Origin: Candidatus Iainarchaeum sp.
GTDB lineage: Archaea > Iainarchaeota > Iainarchaeia > Iainarchaeales > CSSED10-239
Length of the DNA: 32,000 nucleotides
Reading direction: 5' to 3'
NCBI GenBank assembly: GCA_003559395.1
Contig: PWLL01000077.1
Coordinates: 12,225 to 44,224 of the forward strand
Positions 8,421 to 17,205 of this stretch are shown one piece after another. Made by a program: the position numbers and the translations under genes. The notes beneath the pieces were generated by a model. The model was not told the DNA's origin. It made no database searches and saw nothing but the letters and a program-made list of their open reading frames with translations. Every line of letters starts with the position of its first letter. The first letter of the stretch is position 1.

Positions 8421-8428
8421 TTTATATA
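8421..8428 (+). promoter_or_regulatory. Candidate TATA box (TTTATATA) for the RHH-MCM operon
   Basis: Consensus archaeal TATA sequence 47 nt upstream of ATG 8476. Confidence 0.35.
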
Positions 8429-8475
8429 TTAGTTACATTTGTTAGATTATACAAAAACAATTTTTTGGTAAAAAA

Positions 8476-8652
8476 ATGGAAACAGAAAAAAAGATATTTA
8501 TTCTAAAAATGTCAGAAACACAACACACCAAACTAAAATTGATTTCTACAATAGTTAAAAAAGATATGCAGGATTTAATTTTAGAAGGTATAGATAACAT
8601 ATTAGAAACATATAAAGAAGAATATAATAAAACAATAGAAACTTTAAAATAA
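8476..8652 (+). CDS. Ribbon-helix-helix (CopG/Arc-like) protein, 58 aa
   Basis: Below the track cutoff. Manual translation: METEKKIFILKMSETQHTKLKLISTIVKKDMQDLILEGIDNILETYKEEYNKTIETLK. Shows a beta-strand then two helices. Directly precedes the MCM-like gene. Confidence 0.6.
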   Translation: METEKKIFILKMSETQHTKLKLISTIVKKDMQDLILEGIDNILETYKEEYNKTIETLK

Positions 8653-8665
8653 GAGGTGTTGGATT

Positions 8666-10840
8666 TTGGAACAAACAGACACAACACTCGTAACGGATTT
8701 GACACAAATAATAAATCACGAAGAAGTAATATCTTTAATAAAAAAAGAGTTCTTTAGAATAGATACAAATTCTGCAATAACTCTTGCTGAACTCATTATA
8801 AACAACGAAACAAAAATAAATGTCAAACAATTTAAACAAAAACACAAATCTTTTGTAAGAAAAAACCTTGGGAAATTTGAAAAACCAGAAGATGAAGAAA
8901 ATGGCGATTATTATTTAAAAGAAGAGATTGTTGAATTTATAAAGAAAAAACTAATCATAATTGTTGAAAAAATCGGGTCCTCTATAAAAGATGTAGAAGA
9001 CGATAGTGATAGGTGGTCTCTGAGTCAGGTTGATGGAATAGAAGCGTTTGAAACAACAAAATATACAACCTTTCAAGATATAAGAGAAAAAATTAACAGA
9101 GAAGGAAAAAATATAGAATTTAGGTATTCTTTTAAAAAATCAGATTTAAAAACTTCTTTTTATGAAAATAAATCAACTTTACAAATGATAGATGTTCATA
9201 TAAACAATAATGGTGAACATTTTGATTATCCTATAAAATATGTTTATGTTTGTCCTATGTGTGAAACAATTAGCAGTATGATGGAATATAAAGTTGCTTC
9301 AACAAACAATAAACACAAATGTCGTCAAATGGTTACAAAAGATGATAAATTGAAAACGTGCAACACACCTTTAAATCCTGACACAAACAGAACAATAACC
9401 AAAGATGCATATATTTATGATATAACATTTAAAGATAAAGAAGGAAAGGAACAAAAGGCAGACGCAATGTCTTTTCAATATTTGCCCAAAGGTCATTTAA
9501 AAGTTGTTCTGCAAAAAATACCACAAGCATATGGTAGACTGTTTGTTCACATAGTAGATTTCCAACCGATAGATAAAGAATCTATGAAACTACCAGAAAA
9601 AACAGCGAAAGAACATTATGTATTCACATTAATAAAACACATAGATAAATATATTAAAGAAAAAACCGGTTATGTTCATTATGGTTATTTACCAGCAAAA
9701 ATAAGTATGTTAGCACAAATGGGTTCAAGACACATTCCAGGATTTAAATACAATTTTCACATATCTTTGTCCGGAGATATGTCTAGTGGTAAATCACAGT
9801 TTGCTCGTTATTGGGGGATAACACTTTATGCAGAAGATGTGTTTCTTAGCAATGCAACAAGTGTAAGCATTCCAAAATTAAGAGGAACGATGGAAAGCTT
9901 TCACTTATTTGGAAAAGAACACAGATATCAATACAGAGGTTTATTAGGAGAAAAGAAATTAATAGTAATAGATGAAATAAAAGAGAACCCAGAACTAAAA
10001 AACAGTTTGAAACAATATTCACTTGAACCGGTTTATGATTATTCTAAACAAGGCAGTAATAATCAAACTTACAAAAGAACTGCACAATTAGTAGTTACAC
10101 AAAACATAGATACAAAACATTTAGATAAATATGCTAAAGACATAAAAACATTGTATCAATCAGACACATTAAAATTAACTAACGATGATGGAATAGAACC
10201 AAAACCTGCTTGGGACCAACATACAGATTTAACATTACCATTATATACTTATAAAAACAGATACTTAAAATATTGTATAAAAAAAATAAGAGAAGAATAT
10301 GAAAGAAACACAAACAATTGGATTGATGGTTCGGAAATTGCTTTAAAACAAAGATTTTATTTTTATTATTATTTAGGTTCAAGTAAAACAAATAAAAAAT
10401 TAACTCATACAATTAAACAAAACAACATAACACCTATAATATCTAACAATTTAGAACTAGTAAGAATAATGTGTGCAAAAGAATTGGTAGAATATTTAGA
10501 AAATACTCATGGTTATACTTATGGTGAAAACGATTTAGAATATTTTGATAAAATAGATGAGTTATTATCAAAATATGATAAAAGAGGAGATGCCAGAACA
10601 AAAGAAATGAGTTATACTTTAATAAAAATTTTGAGAATAATAGATAAAAGAAAATATTGCAACGAAGAAGATTTGAGAATATTACAATATATTTTAGAAA
10701 ATGTTGATAACAAAGTAGAAGTAATAGATACAGACGAATTTAAAATAAACAACACTTATATAAAAAAAGACGATGTTGAGGAAACAAATATAGAAGAAGA
10801 AAATAAAGATTCTTGGGGTTATGATGATACTTTCAAATAA
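8666..10840 (+). CDS. mcm: MCM-like AAA+ replicative helicase
   Basis: Zn finger CPMC-x21-C-x13-C. Walker A HISLSGDMSSGKSQFARY (compare MCM GDPgxaKSQ). Walker B KLIVIDEIKE. Sensor-1-like AQLVVTQN. TTG start 7 nt after AGAGGTG. Confidence 0.75.
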   Translation: MEQTDTTLVTDLTQIINHEEVISLIKKEFFRIDTNSAITLAELIINNETKINVKQFKQKHKSFVRKNLGKFEKPEDEENGDYYLKEEIVEFIKKKLIIIVEKIGSSIKDVEDDSDRWSLSQVDGIEAFETTKYTTFQDIREKINREGKNIEFRYSFKKSDLKTSFYENKSTLQMIDVHINNNGEHFDYPIKYVYVCPMCETISSMMEYKVASTNNKHKCRQMVTKDDKLKTCNTPLNPDTNRTITKDAYIYDITFKDKEGKEQKADAMSFQYLPKGHLKVVLQKIPQAYGRLFVHIVDFQPIDKESMKLPEKTAKEHYVFTLIKHIDKYIKEKTGYVHYGYLPAKISMLAQMGSRHIPGFKYNFHISLSGDMSSGKSQFARYWGITLYAEDVFLSNATSVSIPKLRGTMESFHLFGKEHRYQYRGLLGEKKLIVIDEIKENPELKNSLKQYSLEPVYDYSKQGSNNQTYKRTAQLVVTQNIDTKHLDKYAKDIKTLYQSDTLKLTNDDGIEPKPAWDQHTDLTLPLYTYKNRYLKYCIKKIREEYERNTNNWIDGSEIALKQRFYFYYYLGSSKTNKKLTHTIKQNNITPIISNNLELVRIMCAKELVEYLENTHGYTYGENDLEYFDKIDELLSKYDKRGDARTKEMSYTLIKILRIIDKRKYCNEEDLRILQYILENVDNKVEVIDTDEFKINNTYIKKDDVEETNIEEENKDSWGYDDTFK

Positions 10841-10851
10841 GGAGGCATAAA

Positions 10852-11094
10852 ATGAAACTAGAAGAAATAATGAATAATATAAATAATTTGGATAAACTGA
10901 AAAAAGAAGAATTAATAGAATATGTTTATACTTTGGCAATGAATTTGAAACGAATACAAAACAAAACAATATCTTTAAACGGCGAAATAAGATTTTTAAA
11001 AAGACATATGACAAAAATAAGAGATATGATTGATAGAACACTTAAAACAAATATAGAAACAGAAAATGTTGGTTGGTATAACAATGGTGATTAA
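10852..11094 (+). CDS. Hypothetical coiled-coil protein, 80 aa
   Basis: GGAGG 7 nt upstream of the ATG; heptad-like charged sequence. Confidence 0.55.
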   Translation: MKLEEIMNNINNLDKLKKEELIEYVYTLAMNLKRIQNKTISLNGEIRFLKRHMTKIRDMIDRTLKTNIETENVGWYNNGD

Positions 11095-11563
11095 ATTAGA
11101 AGAAAAATACGGTTTTTCTAAACCCAATCAAAACAAATTGTTGGATTTTGAAGATATGTTAAATTATTGTAAAAAATATAAAAAAGAAATTAATAGAACA
11201 CTTATGTTTCAAAACAATTTTTCACATGCAGAAATAAATTGGTTTGCAGTGAATTATAAAGAAAAAATATTGGAGGTAAATAAAATGAACAAACCAAAAA
11301 CAGGTGTTGGTGGGGTCATACTCGCAATGGAAATAGGAAACACTTTATTAAATGAAGTTAAAAAAAAATTAAACATAGAAAGTTTTGATTATAACGGTGT
11401 TTATAAAACACACATAGACAAATATATCAAAAATATTAGGAAATCATTAGAAGAAGATAGAAAGGGATTAACACCAGAAGAATACGCTGAAATAAAAAAA
11501 GACTTGGAAAAAGAATTGGTTGATGAAAGACACTATATTGAATGTTTTTGTGGTTTTTTATAA
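11084..11563 (+). CDS. Hypothetical protein
   Basis: The track start is TTG 11066. ATG 11084 (MVIKLEEKYGF) is more plausible and overlaps the preceding stop. Confidence 0.5.
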   Translation: MVIKLEEKYGFSKPNQNKLLDFEDMLNYCKKYKKEINRTLMFQNNFSHAEINWFAVNYKEKILEVNKMNKPKTGVGGVILAMEIGNTLLNEVKKKLNIESFDYNGVYKTHIDKYIKNIRKSLEEDRKGLTPEEYAEIKKDLEKELVDERHYIECFCGFL

Positions 11564-11965
11564 AAAGAATTAAGTAAAAAAGATTTAGAAGAAAGCGTAA
11601 CAATAAAAAAAGTTGATAACGAATACATTATTATTCAAAACAAAAAAACCAAAAAATTCAACAAATCTTACAAAGACATACATTATATTAAAGAAAAAGA
11701 TGTTAAAGATTTGTGGAAAATATTAGTTATGTTAACTGATAAGAAAAAAAATAAAACAAATTATACAAGAATAATATCTTCCATTATAATAAAAAATAAT
11801 ATAAAAATGAGAATAGAAAGTTTTAATGGAGGAAAAAATAGGACAAAGTATTATTTTCCATTATACTATTATCCTTTAAAAATATTACAACACAAAGAAT
11901 ATATAATTCACAATAAGAGAGGACAAGTTATTAGAACTAAATTTGATAAAGGTGTTAAATTATGA
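11564..11965 (+). CDS. Hypothetical protein; start undefined (open frame continues in-frame from the TAA at 11561-11563)
   Basis: 49 stop-free codons with no ATG/GTG/TTG lie between TAA 11561 and the track start TTG 11711, in the same frame as the upstream ORF. Confidence 0.4.
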   Translation, partial: KELSKKDLEESVTIKKVDNEYIIIQNKKTKKFNKSYKDIHYIKEKDVKDLWKILVMLTDKKKNKTNYTRIISSIIIKNNIKMRIESFNGGKNRTKYYFPLYYYPLKILQHKEYIIHNKRGQVIRTKFDKGVKL

Positions 11966-12084
11966 GTTTTGGAAAACTGCAAATGTTTGATGAAGACACT
12001 GTAATATATTGTGATAGATGTAAAGCAAACTTTACAGTAAGGGTCAAACCTTTTCTGTGTCCAAAATGTAACAATAAGTGGTAA
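11962..12084 (+). CDS. Zinc-ribbon protein, 40 aa
   Basis: Below the track cutoff. Manual translation: MSFGKLQMFDEDTVIYCDRCKANFTVRVKPFLCPKCNNKW (CxxC-x14-CxxC). ATGA-type overlap with the upstream ORF. Confidence 0.5.
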   Translation: MSFGKLQMFDEDTVIYCDRCKANFTVRVKPFLCPKCNNKW

Positions 12085-12087
12085 AAA

Positions 12088-13698
12088 ATGTGTGAGTGGT
12101 ATGAATTTGAAGGATTGGACAGAATAAAGAATGTTTACAAAAAACATTCTTTGCAAGACTTTTTTAATTGGTGGAATGACGAAAAAAATCAAGTAATGGA
12201 GATAAGGTTTCAGGAATGGAAGTATGCCGACGAATGTTCTAAATTGTTTTTTGTGCAAAAACACAAACAAAGTGTTTTTATAGATAACCACGAAAAATTA
12301 ATAAAAATTGTTAAATATTTTAGTAAACACACAACAATGTGGTTTGGTGTTAATCCAAAAAAGAAAACACTAAACAAATATGGTAAAAACAAATATAACG
12401 ATTTGGACATCGGTATAAGCAAAATAAAACATATTTTTATAGATATTGATAGAAAACAAAAAAATGGTCCTGCAACAAAACAAGATTTGATGCAAGCAGA
12501 TTTTTTAGCTAATAAAATATTAGAACAACTATCTTTGCAAAAGTTTGATAAAAATTATATGAAAATATGTTCTGGCAACGGTTTACAACTAATAATAAAA
12601 TTAGATATTCCAATAGTTTTACCAAACGCAGAATTTGATGAAACTATAGAAAAATATATTGAAACATTGTTGTTTAAAGAAATAAAAAAAACAATAAAAG
12701 AGGGCATAGGAAAAGTATTAATTAATTATTCTGCAAAAATAGGCAAACAATATTTAGAAGATTGTGGAGAAGAGTTTAATGCAGAAGTTGATACAACATG
12801 TTTTAATATAGGGCGGGTTGGTGCTTTACCTTATAGTTTTAATTTTAAACACAATACAATGATTCCTAGAGGAATAGTAGAAATAAAAAATACAGGCAAC
12901 AACGAAGGTTTAACTGATTACCTTAAACAACTTTTTGAAGAAAAAAAACAAAGAACCAAAACAATTAAACACAACAACGAATCATTAATATGTTTATCAG
13001 AAGAATATAGATTAAAAGAAAATCAATTAAAAAAAAACACTTTAATACAATTAATGTTAGAACACGAGTTCCCAAATGGTGGAATAAACAATACGTTGTG
13101 GTATAGTTTAAAAATATTATTACACCAATCGGGAATAACTCACAATAACCACGAGTATATTAAATTACACGAACGATTAAAAAAAATTCATAATAGAACT
13201 TTCACCGATAATGGTTTAGAAGAAGAATATAAAAACAATTATAATGGTTCAATAAAAATTGATGATATAAACTTTGTTCCAACAACAGTTAATAAATATT
13301 TAAGATTAAATAAAATAAAAAAACTTGGCAGTGACGAATTGTTTTATCACAAACCGATATTTCCTGTTAGTATAAAAGGTAAAACAAAACTACAACACAT
13401 AATTGATATTACTAAATTTTCATCACAACAACAGACAACACAAAAATATGATTTGTGTGCGTCAGACCCATTAGATGATTTAAAACAACTATCAACACTT
13501 TTGTTTAACATAAGAAAAGGTTCAAAAATATCAGAAAATTTAATAGGAACGTCTTCCGGAAACATTTTAATAAATATGCAATTACAAGAAATTTTTAGTG
13601 ATTTTATGCAAAGTTTTTTAGAAAAATGGAAACAAGAAGTGTTTGATTATATGTTAAAATATTATATGGAAGATTATCTTAATTATCAAAAATGGTGA
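12088..13698 (+). CDS. Archaeo-eukaryotic primase superfamily primase-polymerase (PrimPol-like)
   Basis: Motif I HIFIDIDRK (DxD). Motif II CSGNGLQLIIKLD (sGxGxH-like, with Q in place of H). Motif III EVDTTCFNIGRVGALPYSFNFKH. Long helical C-terminal extension. Confidence 0.7.
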   Translation: MCEWYEFEGLDRIKNVYKKHSLQDFFNWWNDEKNQVMEIRFQEWKYADECSKLFFVQKHKQSVFIDNHEKLIKIVKYFSKHTTMWFGVNPKKKTLNKYGKNKYNDLDIGISKIKHIFIDIDRKQKNGPATKQDLMQADFLANKILEQLSLQKFDKNYMKICSGNGLQLIIKLDIPIVLPNAEFDETIEKYIETLLFKEIKKTIKEGIGKVLINYSAKIGKQYLEDCGEEFNAEVDTTCFNIGRVGALPYSFNFKHNTMIPRGIVEIKNTGNNEGLTDYLKQLFEEKKQRTKTIKHNNESLICLSEEYRLKENQLKKNTLIQLMLEHEFPNGGINNTLWYSLKILLHQSGITHNNHEYIKLHERLKKIHNRTFTDNGLEEEYKNNYNGSIKIDDINFVPTTVNKYLRLNKIKKLGSDELFYHKPIFPVSIKGKTKLQHIIDITKFSSQQQTTQKYDLCASDPLDDLKQLSTLLFNIRKGSKISENLIGTSSGNILINMQLQEIFSDFMQSFLEKWKQEVFDYMLKYYMEDYLNYQKW

Positions 13699-13704
13699 GT
13701 TTGT

Positions 13705-13956
13705 TTGAGATTAAAAAAACATTTAAATCTATTTGTAAAAATTTTAATAAAAATATTAGAACAATCACTTGATAAAAGATATTCTATACAAGAATTAAAT
13801 GAAAAGTTTAACGGTGTTTTAAAAGATAAAAGGTTATCAATTAACACCAAACAATTGAGTAGTGTTATAAAACAACAAGACCAATTCAAGTATGAAAAAG
13901 ATAAAACTTTTTACGAATTTACAAAAAACGAAACTTATATAAAGGAAAACTTTTAA
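13705..13956 (+). CDS. Hypothetical protein (possible winged-helix)
   Basis: 83-aa ORF with a TTG start. No motif recognised beyond an HTH-like YSIQELNEKFNGVLKDKRLSINTKQLSSVIK. Confidence 0.4.
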   Translation: MRLKKHLNLFVKILIKILEQSLDKRYSIQELNEKFNGVLKDKRLSINTKQLSSVIKQQDQFKYEKDKTFYEFTKNETYIKENF

Positions 13957-13966
13957 TAATAATATT

Positions 13967-14317
13967 ATGATAATAACAGTTTACATAATGTTGCAAGTTT
14001 TAGCCATTCTTGTGTTATTTTTGGCGTTTGTAGTAAAAATGCCATTAGTTTCTTTAATGGCAATGATACCTTCCGCTATTTTGATGACTGGTGCAAGAAC
14101 ACTAGAAATAGGTAGCCAATATGTTTTTAATCCTACAATAATGGCATATGTTCGAGAACCTATAGTTGTTTCTACAAGTTATTTGGCGACACTTAACATA
14201 ATAATTTTTGGTTTAGGACTATTGTTGTTTGTATATGATTTATTTACAGTAATACAAGAGGAGTTAAAAGGCAAAGGAAATATTAGGGCGAGCAATTTGT
14301 TTAGAAAAAATGACTAA
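13967..14317 (+). CDS. Membrane protein (3 TM)
   Basis: Three hydrophobic segments; overlaps the next gene start. Confidence 0.55.
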   Translation: MIITVYIMLQVLAILVLFLAFVVKMPLVSLMAMIPSAILMTGARTLEIGSQYVFNPTIMAYVREPIVVSTSYLATLNIIIFGLGLLLFVYDLFTVIQEELKGKGNIRASNLFRKND

Positions 14318-14957
14318 AAAAATATTTTTACTTTTATTGTTAAGTGTAGTTTTTATTAGTGGTTGCTATCAAGAAGGTGCAGTTCCACCAATTCATCAAA
14401 CTTTTTATGATGTTGATTTAGGTAATATCACAGTAAAAAATTTAAAAACAGATTCGTTTGAATTAATGATTCCTGTAGAGGTAGATTTAAGATTTCCTGT
14501 AACTTTAATAAAACAAGGTCAAACCAACCCCCCTGAACAAACAGATTTTACTTTAGATTTTTCTCATAGTAGAGTAGAAAATGCTTATGTTGTTGCACAA
14601 ATGTCTCATATTAGAGCAGAAAACACTAACATTACAGCACATTTTCATTGGCAAACCGCAAACAATAATGCAGGCGATGTTGTATGGGGCATTAAATATT
14701 CTTGTGCTAGTATAGATTCAAGTTTTCCTGATTTTCAAACTAAAACGGTTGTTTCTTCTAGTGTTGAAAATTCAACTATTCATATAATGAGTGATGAAAT
14801 TTTGATAGAAGCAGAAGATTTAGGTGTTAGTGGAATTTGTAAAATAGAATTATTCAGAGATACAAACGATATTAGAGATACTTATGTTGGTGATGCAAAA
14901 TTAATAGGGTTTGACATTCATTATTTAGTAAATAAATTGGGTGAAACCCTTAGTTAA
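14310..14957 (+). CDS. Putative lipoprotein / secreted beta-rich protein
   Basis: Signal peptide with lipobox MTKKIFLLLLLSVVFISGC. The remainder looks beta-sandwich-like. Confidence 0.55.
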   Translation: MTKKIFLLLLLSVVFISGCYQEGAVPPIHQTFYDVDLGNITVKNLKTDSFELMIPVEVDLRFPVTLIKQGQTNPPEQTDFTLDFSHSRVENAYVVAQMSHIRAENTNITAHFHWQTANNNAGDVVWGIKYSCASIDSSFPDFQTKTVVSSSVENSTIHIMSDEILIEAEDLGVSGICKIELFRDTNDIRDTYVGDAKLIGFDIHYLVNKLGETLS

Positions 14958-14975
14958 AAAAAATATATATATAAA
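14956..14975 (+). promoter_or_regulatory. Late-type promoter motif A-run plus ATATATATATAAA
   Basis: aaaaaaaatatatatataaa; ATG 14998 follows after 22 nt (leaderless spacing). The same motif occurs at 23543, 28441 and 30701. Confidence 0.6.
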
Positions 14976-14997
14976 GGAATAGTTATAAATACACTTT

Positions 14998-17205
14998 ATG
15001 TTACAAAATATGTTTAAAAAAATCAACAAAGGAGAATTTTCTAAAACTTTCAATAATATAAATAATAATATGTTTAACAACTTTTCTAAACAAAACAATC
15101 CTAAAATAGATATGTTTAGCAAAAACCTTTTTACACCTAATCGTTCATATGAAGGTGCAGACGATTTAACAGCCGCACAAAAGTTTGGTGGGCAAAACTT
15201 ACAAGGATTACAAAAAATTGGTTCTGGTAGAGATAGAGACGTTTATGCACTAGATAAAGATAAGGTTTTAAAAGTTGCAAAAAATCCAGGTGGTTTAACA
15301 CAAAACACCGGAGAAAGAGACCTCGTATACCTAGGAATGGGCGAACAATTAGAACATGGAAAAGATTATGTAGTAATGAAAAGACAACAACCACTAAGCA
15401 AAGAAGGTAAACAAAAACTTGCTAAGGTTAGAAAAATAGCTTCTGAACATTCAACAATCTCGCCTAGTTATAGAACAGATGTCGCATCAGATTTATCAAG
15501 AGATGATAGTGTTTTGGACCAAGTTGGTATCGGTAAAGACATATTAGACTTTCAACCAAACCCACAAGAAGCATTTGCTAATCGTCAATGGGGCGAAGAT
15601 GAAGAAGGAAACTTAGTATTATTAGATGGTGGAGCATTACAAGACAATAAATCACTTTCACGTTACAGAGTAAAAGATTATAAACCCGAAGATTGGCAAT
15701 ATCAAGACTGGCAAGAAGTCCAAAGACAAAGACAAGAGTTTAGAGACAAAGGAACCTACGATAAAGAAAAAAAGTTTAATAGAAAATATTATGTTGACCC
15801 CGCATATCCTTATAGAGAAACATTTAATGAATTAACAGAAGAACAAAGACAAGAAGAACGTAGTGAATTTTTACGAAAACAATATGAACAACAACCATTA
15901 CAAGACGACGAAAGTAAGAATGATAAAATATTATTCCCTCAAACATTAAAAGAAAAAAATATACATTTTAAAGATGAAGTAATAAGTCCTAGACATAAAA
16001 GAATATTATTAAAACAATTAAGAAAAAACCCAGAAATGTTGAGTAAAAAAGAAACAGAAAGACCACTAATAATACAAACCGCCAGCAAAGAGTATATAAA
16101 AGGTTATGCTCAAGTTGAAGTTCCGAGTGGAAATGATTTTGAAAGCCCATATGTAATGTCTATAGCATATCCTACAATAGGAAAAAAATATGACCCTGAT
16201 TTTGATAAATATTTAGAAGAAAATCCAGAATTAGATAGAGAAACAGAAACACAAAAATATCTTAAATCACAACATAATTTAACACGAACTCTTGGTCACG
16301 AGTTTCAACACGTGTCACAAATAGAAAGAAAACAACCAAATATATTTAGAGATACATATTATCAATTTCAAGATGAATATGAAGAAGACGCCAACAAATA
16401 TGGTAAAGAATTATCAGAGAAACCAAAACCGACCCCAAGACCAGATGTTTTACAAACATTAGAAGAACCGATAGAAGATGAAGAAAGTAAGAATTTTAAT
16501 AAATATGACGAAGCTATAAAACGAACAAAATTGTGGGAAGTAGAAAATATAAAAGAATGTATGAAAGGAGAAGGCGGATATGTGTGTTTTGATTATCATG
16601 ATATAGAACAACCAAATGAAGAATATTTAGATGAAAATAAACCCACAACAAAAAAAGAAAACAAGATATTAAACATATTAGATAAAGGGTTTCATATGAG
16701 TTTTGGCGAAGAAGAAAAAAACAAAAAACCAAAATTATATTTATATGATGCAGATGATAAAGAAGCAGAATTATTAAAAAAAGAACTTGGTGTTGAAAAT
16801 GTTGTTCGTGGTCGGATGTCGTTAGACAATGAACCATTACAAGACGAAGAAAGTAAGAATTTAATACAATCGTTATGGCACGCAGGAGATAAACCACCTT
16901 CAGAAACATTGAATGAACAAGGAAGAGTCTTTGGTTTTTCTAGTAAAGAATACGCTGATGGTTGGAGAGAAAAAAAAGGTAAACAAAACATATACCAATT
17001 TACAACAGACGAATACATCTTAGACGATAAAACATATATAAGAGACACGCCGACAGGAAAAAAATATAATGATAATGAGTATATAGTGAAAAATGTGTTA
17101 AACGAGTCAATATTTGTAGACGACGAAAGTAAGGGTCAATCACTCCTCCCTGAAGGGCAGAGTCTTCTCGAACAAGGTGATAAACGAAAACGAATAATAA
17201 AATGA
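14998..17205 (+). CDS. Multidomain protein: N/F-rich N-terminus, possible kinase-like domain, ImmA/IrrE-like HExxH domain, four acidic linker motifs
   Basis: IGSGRDRDVYAL..VLKVAK and DFQPN..LVLLDGG (weak kinase-like signature). LGHEFQHV followed by EYEEDANKYG (HExxH plus E-x-x-A-N as in ImmA/IrrE). PLQDDESKN, PIEDEESKN, PLQDEESKN and VDDESKG at residues about 300, 491, 613 and 707. Confidence 0.6.
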   Translation: MLQNMFKKINKGEFSKTFNNINNNMFNNFSKQNNPKIDMFSKNLFTPNRSYEGADDLTAAQKFGGQNLQGLQKIGSGRDRDVYALDKDKVLKVAKNPGGLTQNTGERDLVYLGMGEQLEHGKDYVVMKRQQPLSKEGKQKLAKVRKIASEHSTISPSYRTDVASDLSRDDSVLDQVGIGKDILDFQPNPQEAFANRQWGEDEEGNLVLLDGGALQDNKSLSRYRVKDYKPEDWQYQDWQEVQRQRQEFRDKGTYDKEKKFNRKYYVDPAYPYRETFNELTEEQRQEERSEFLRKQYEQQPLQDDESKNDKILFPQTLKEKNIHFKDEVISPRHKRILLKQLRKNPEMLSKKETERPLIIQTASKEYIKGYAQVEVPSGNDFESPYVMSIAYPTIGKKYDPDFDKYLEENPELDRETETQKYLKSQHNLTRTLGHEFQHVSQIERKQPNIFRDTYYQFQDEYEEDANKYGKELSEKPKPTPRPDVLQTLEEPIEDEESKNFNKYDEAIKRTKLWEVENIKECMKGEGGYVCFDYHDIEQPNEEYLDENKPTTKKENKILNILDKGFHMSFGEEEKNKKPKLYLYDADDKEAELLKKELGVENVVRGRMSLDNEPLQDEESKNLIQSLWHAGDKPPSETLNEQGRVFGFSSKEYADGWREKKGKQNIYQFTTDEYILDDKTYIRDTPTGKKYNDNEYIVKNVLNESIFVDDESKGQSLLPEGQSLLEQGDKRKRIIK
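17135..17164 (+). repeat. Solo copy of the IscB-element left-end-like sequence, with an imperfect hairpin
   Basis: 17135-17156 matches 20614-20635 at 19 of 22 positions (GTCAATnACnCCTCCCTnAAGG). ACTC/GAGT and CCC/GGG stems surround a TGAA loop. Confidence 0.5.

Noticed and set aside
8088-8705. Track ORFs 8088-8312 (+) and 8442-8705 (-) in the intergenic region
   Set aside because: The first is built from the iteron and poly-A/T sequence. The second is antisense to the well-formed RHH gene (8476-8652) and the MCM start. Both are low-complexity with no ribosome-binding site.
15895-17133. GAAAGTAAG within the fourfold repeat as eukaryote-like 5' splice sites
   Set aside because: The genome shows prokaryotic/archaeal signals (GGAGG ribosome-binding sites, overlapping genes, TATA boxes plus leaderless ATGs). 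The repeats are in frame and encode a conserved acidic peptide.
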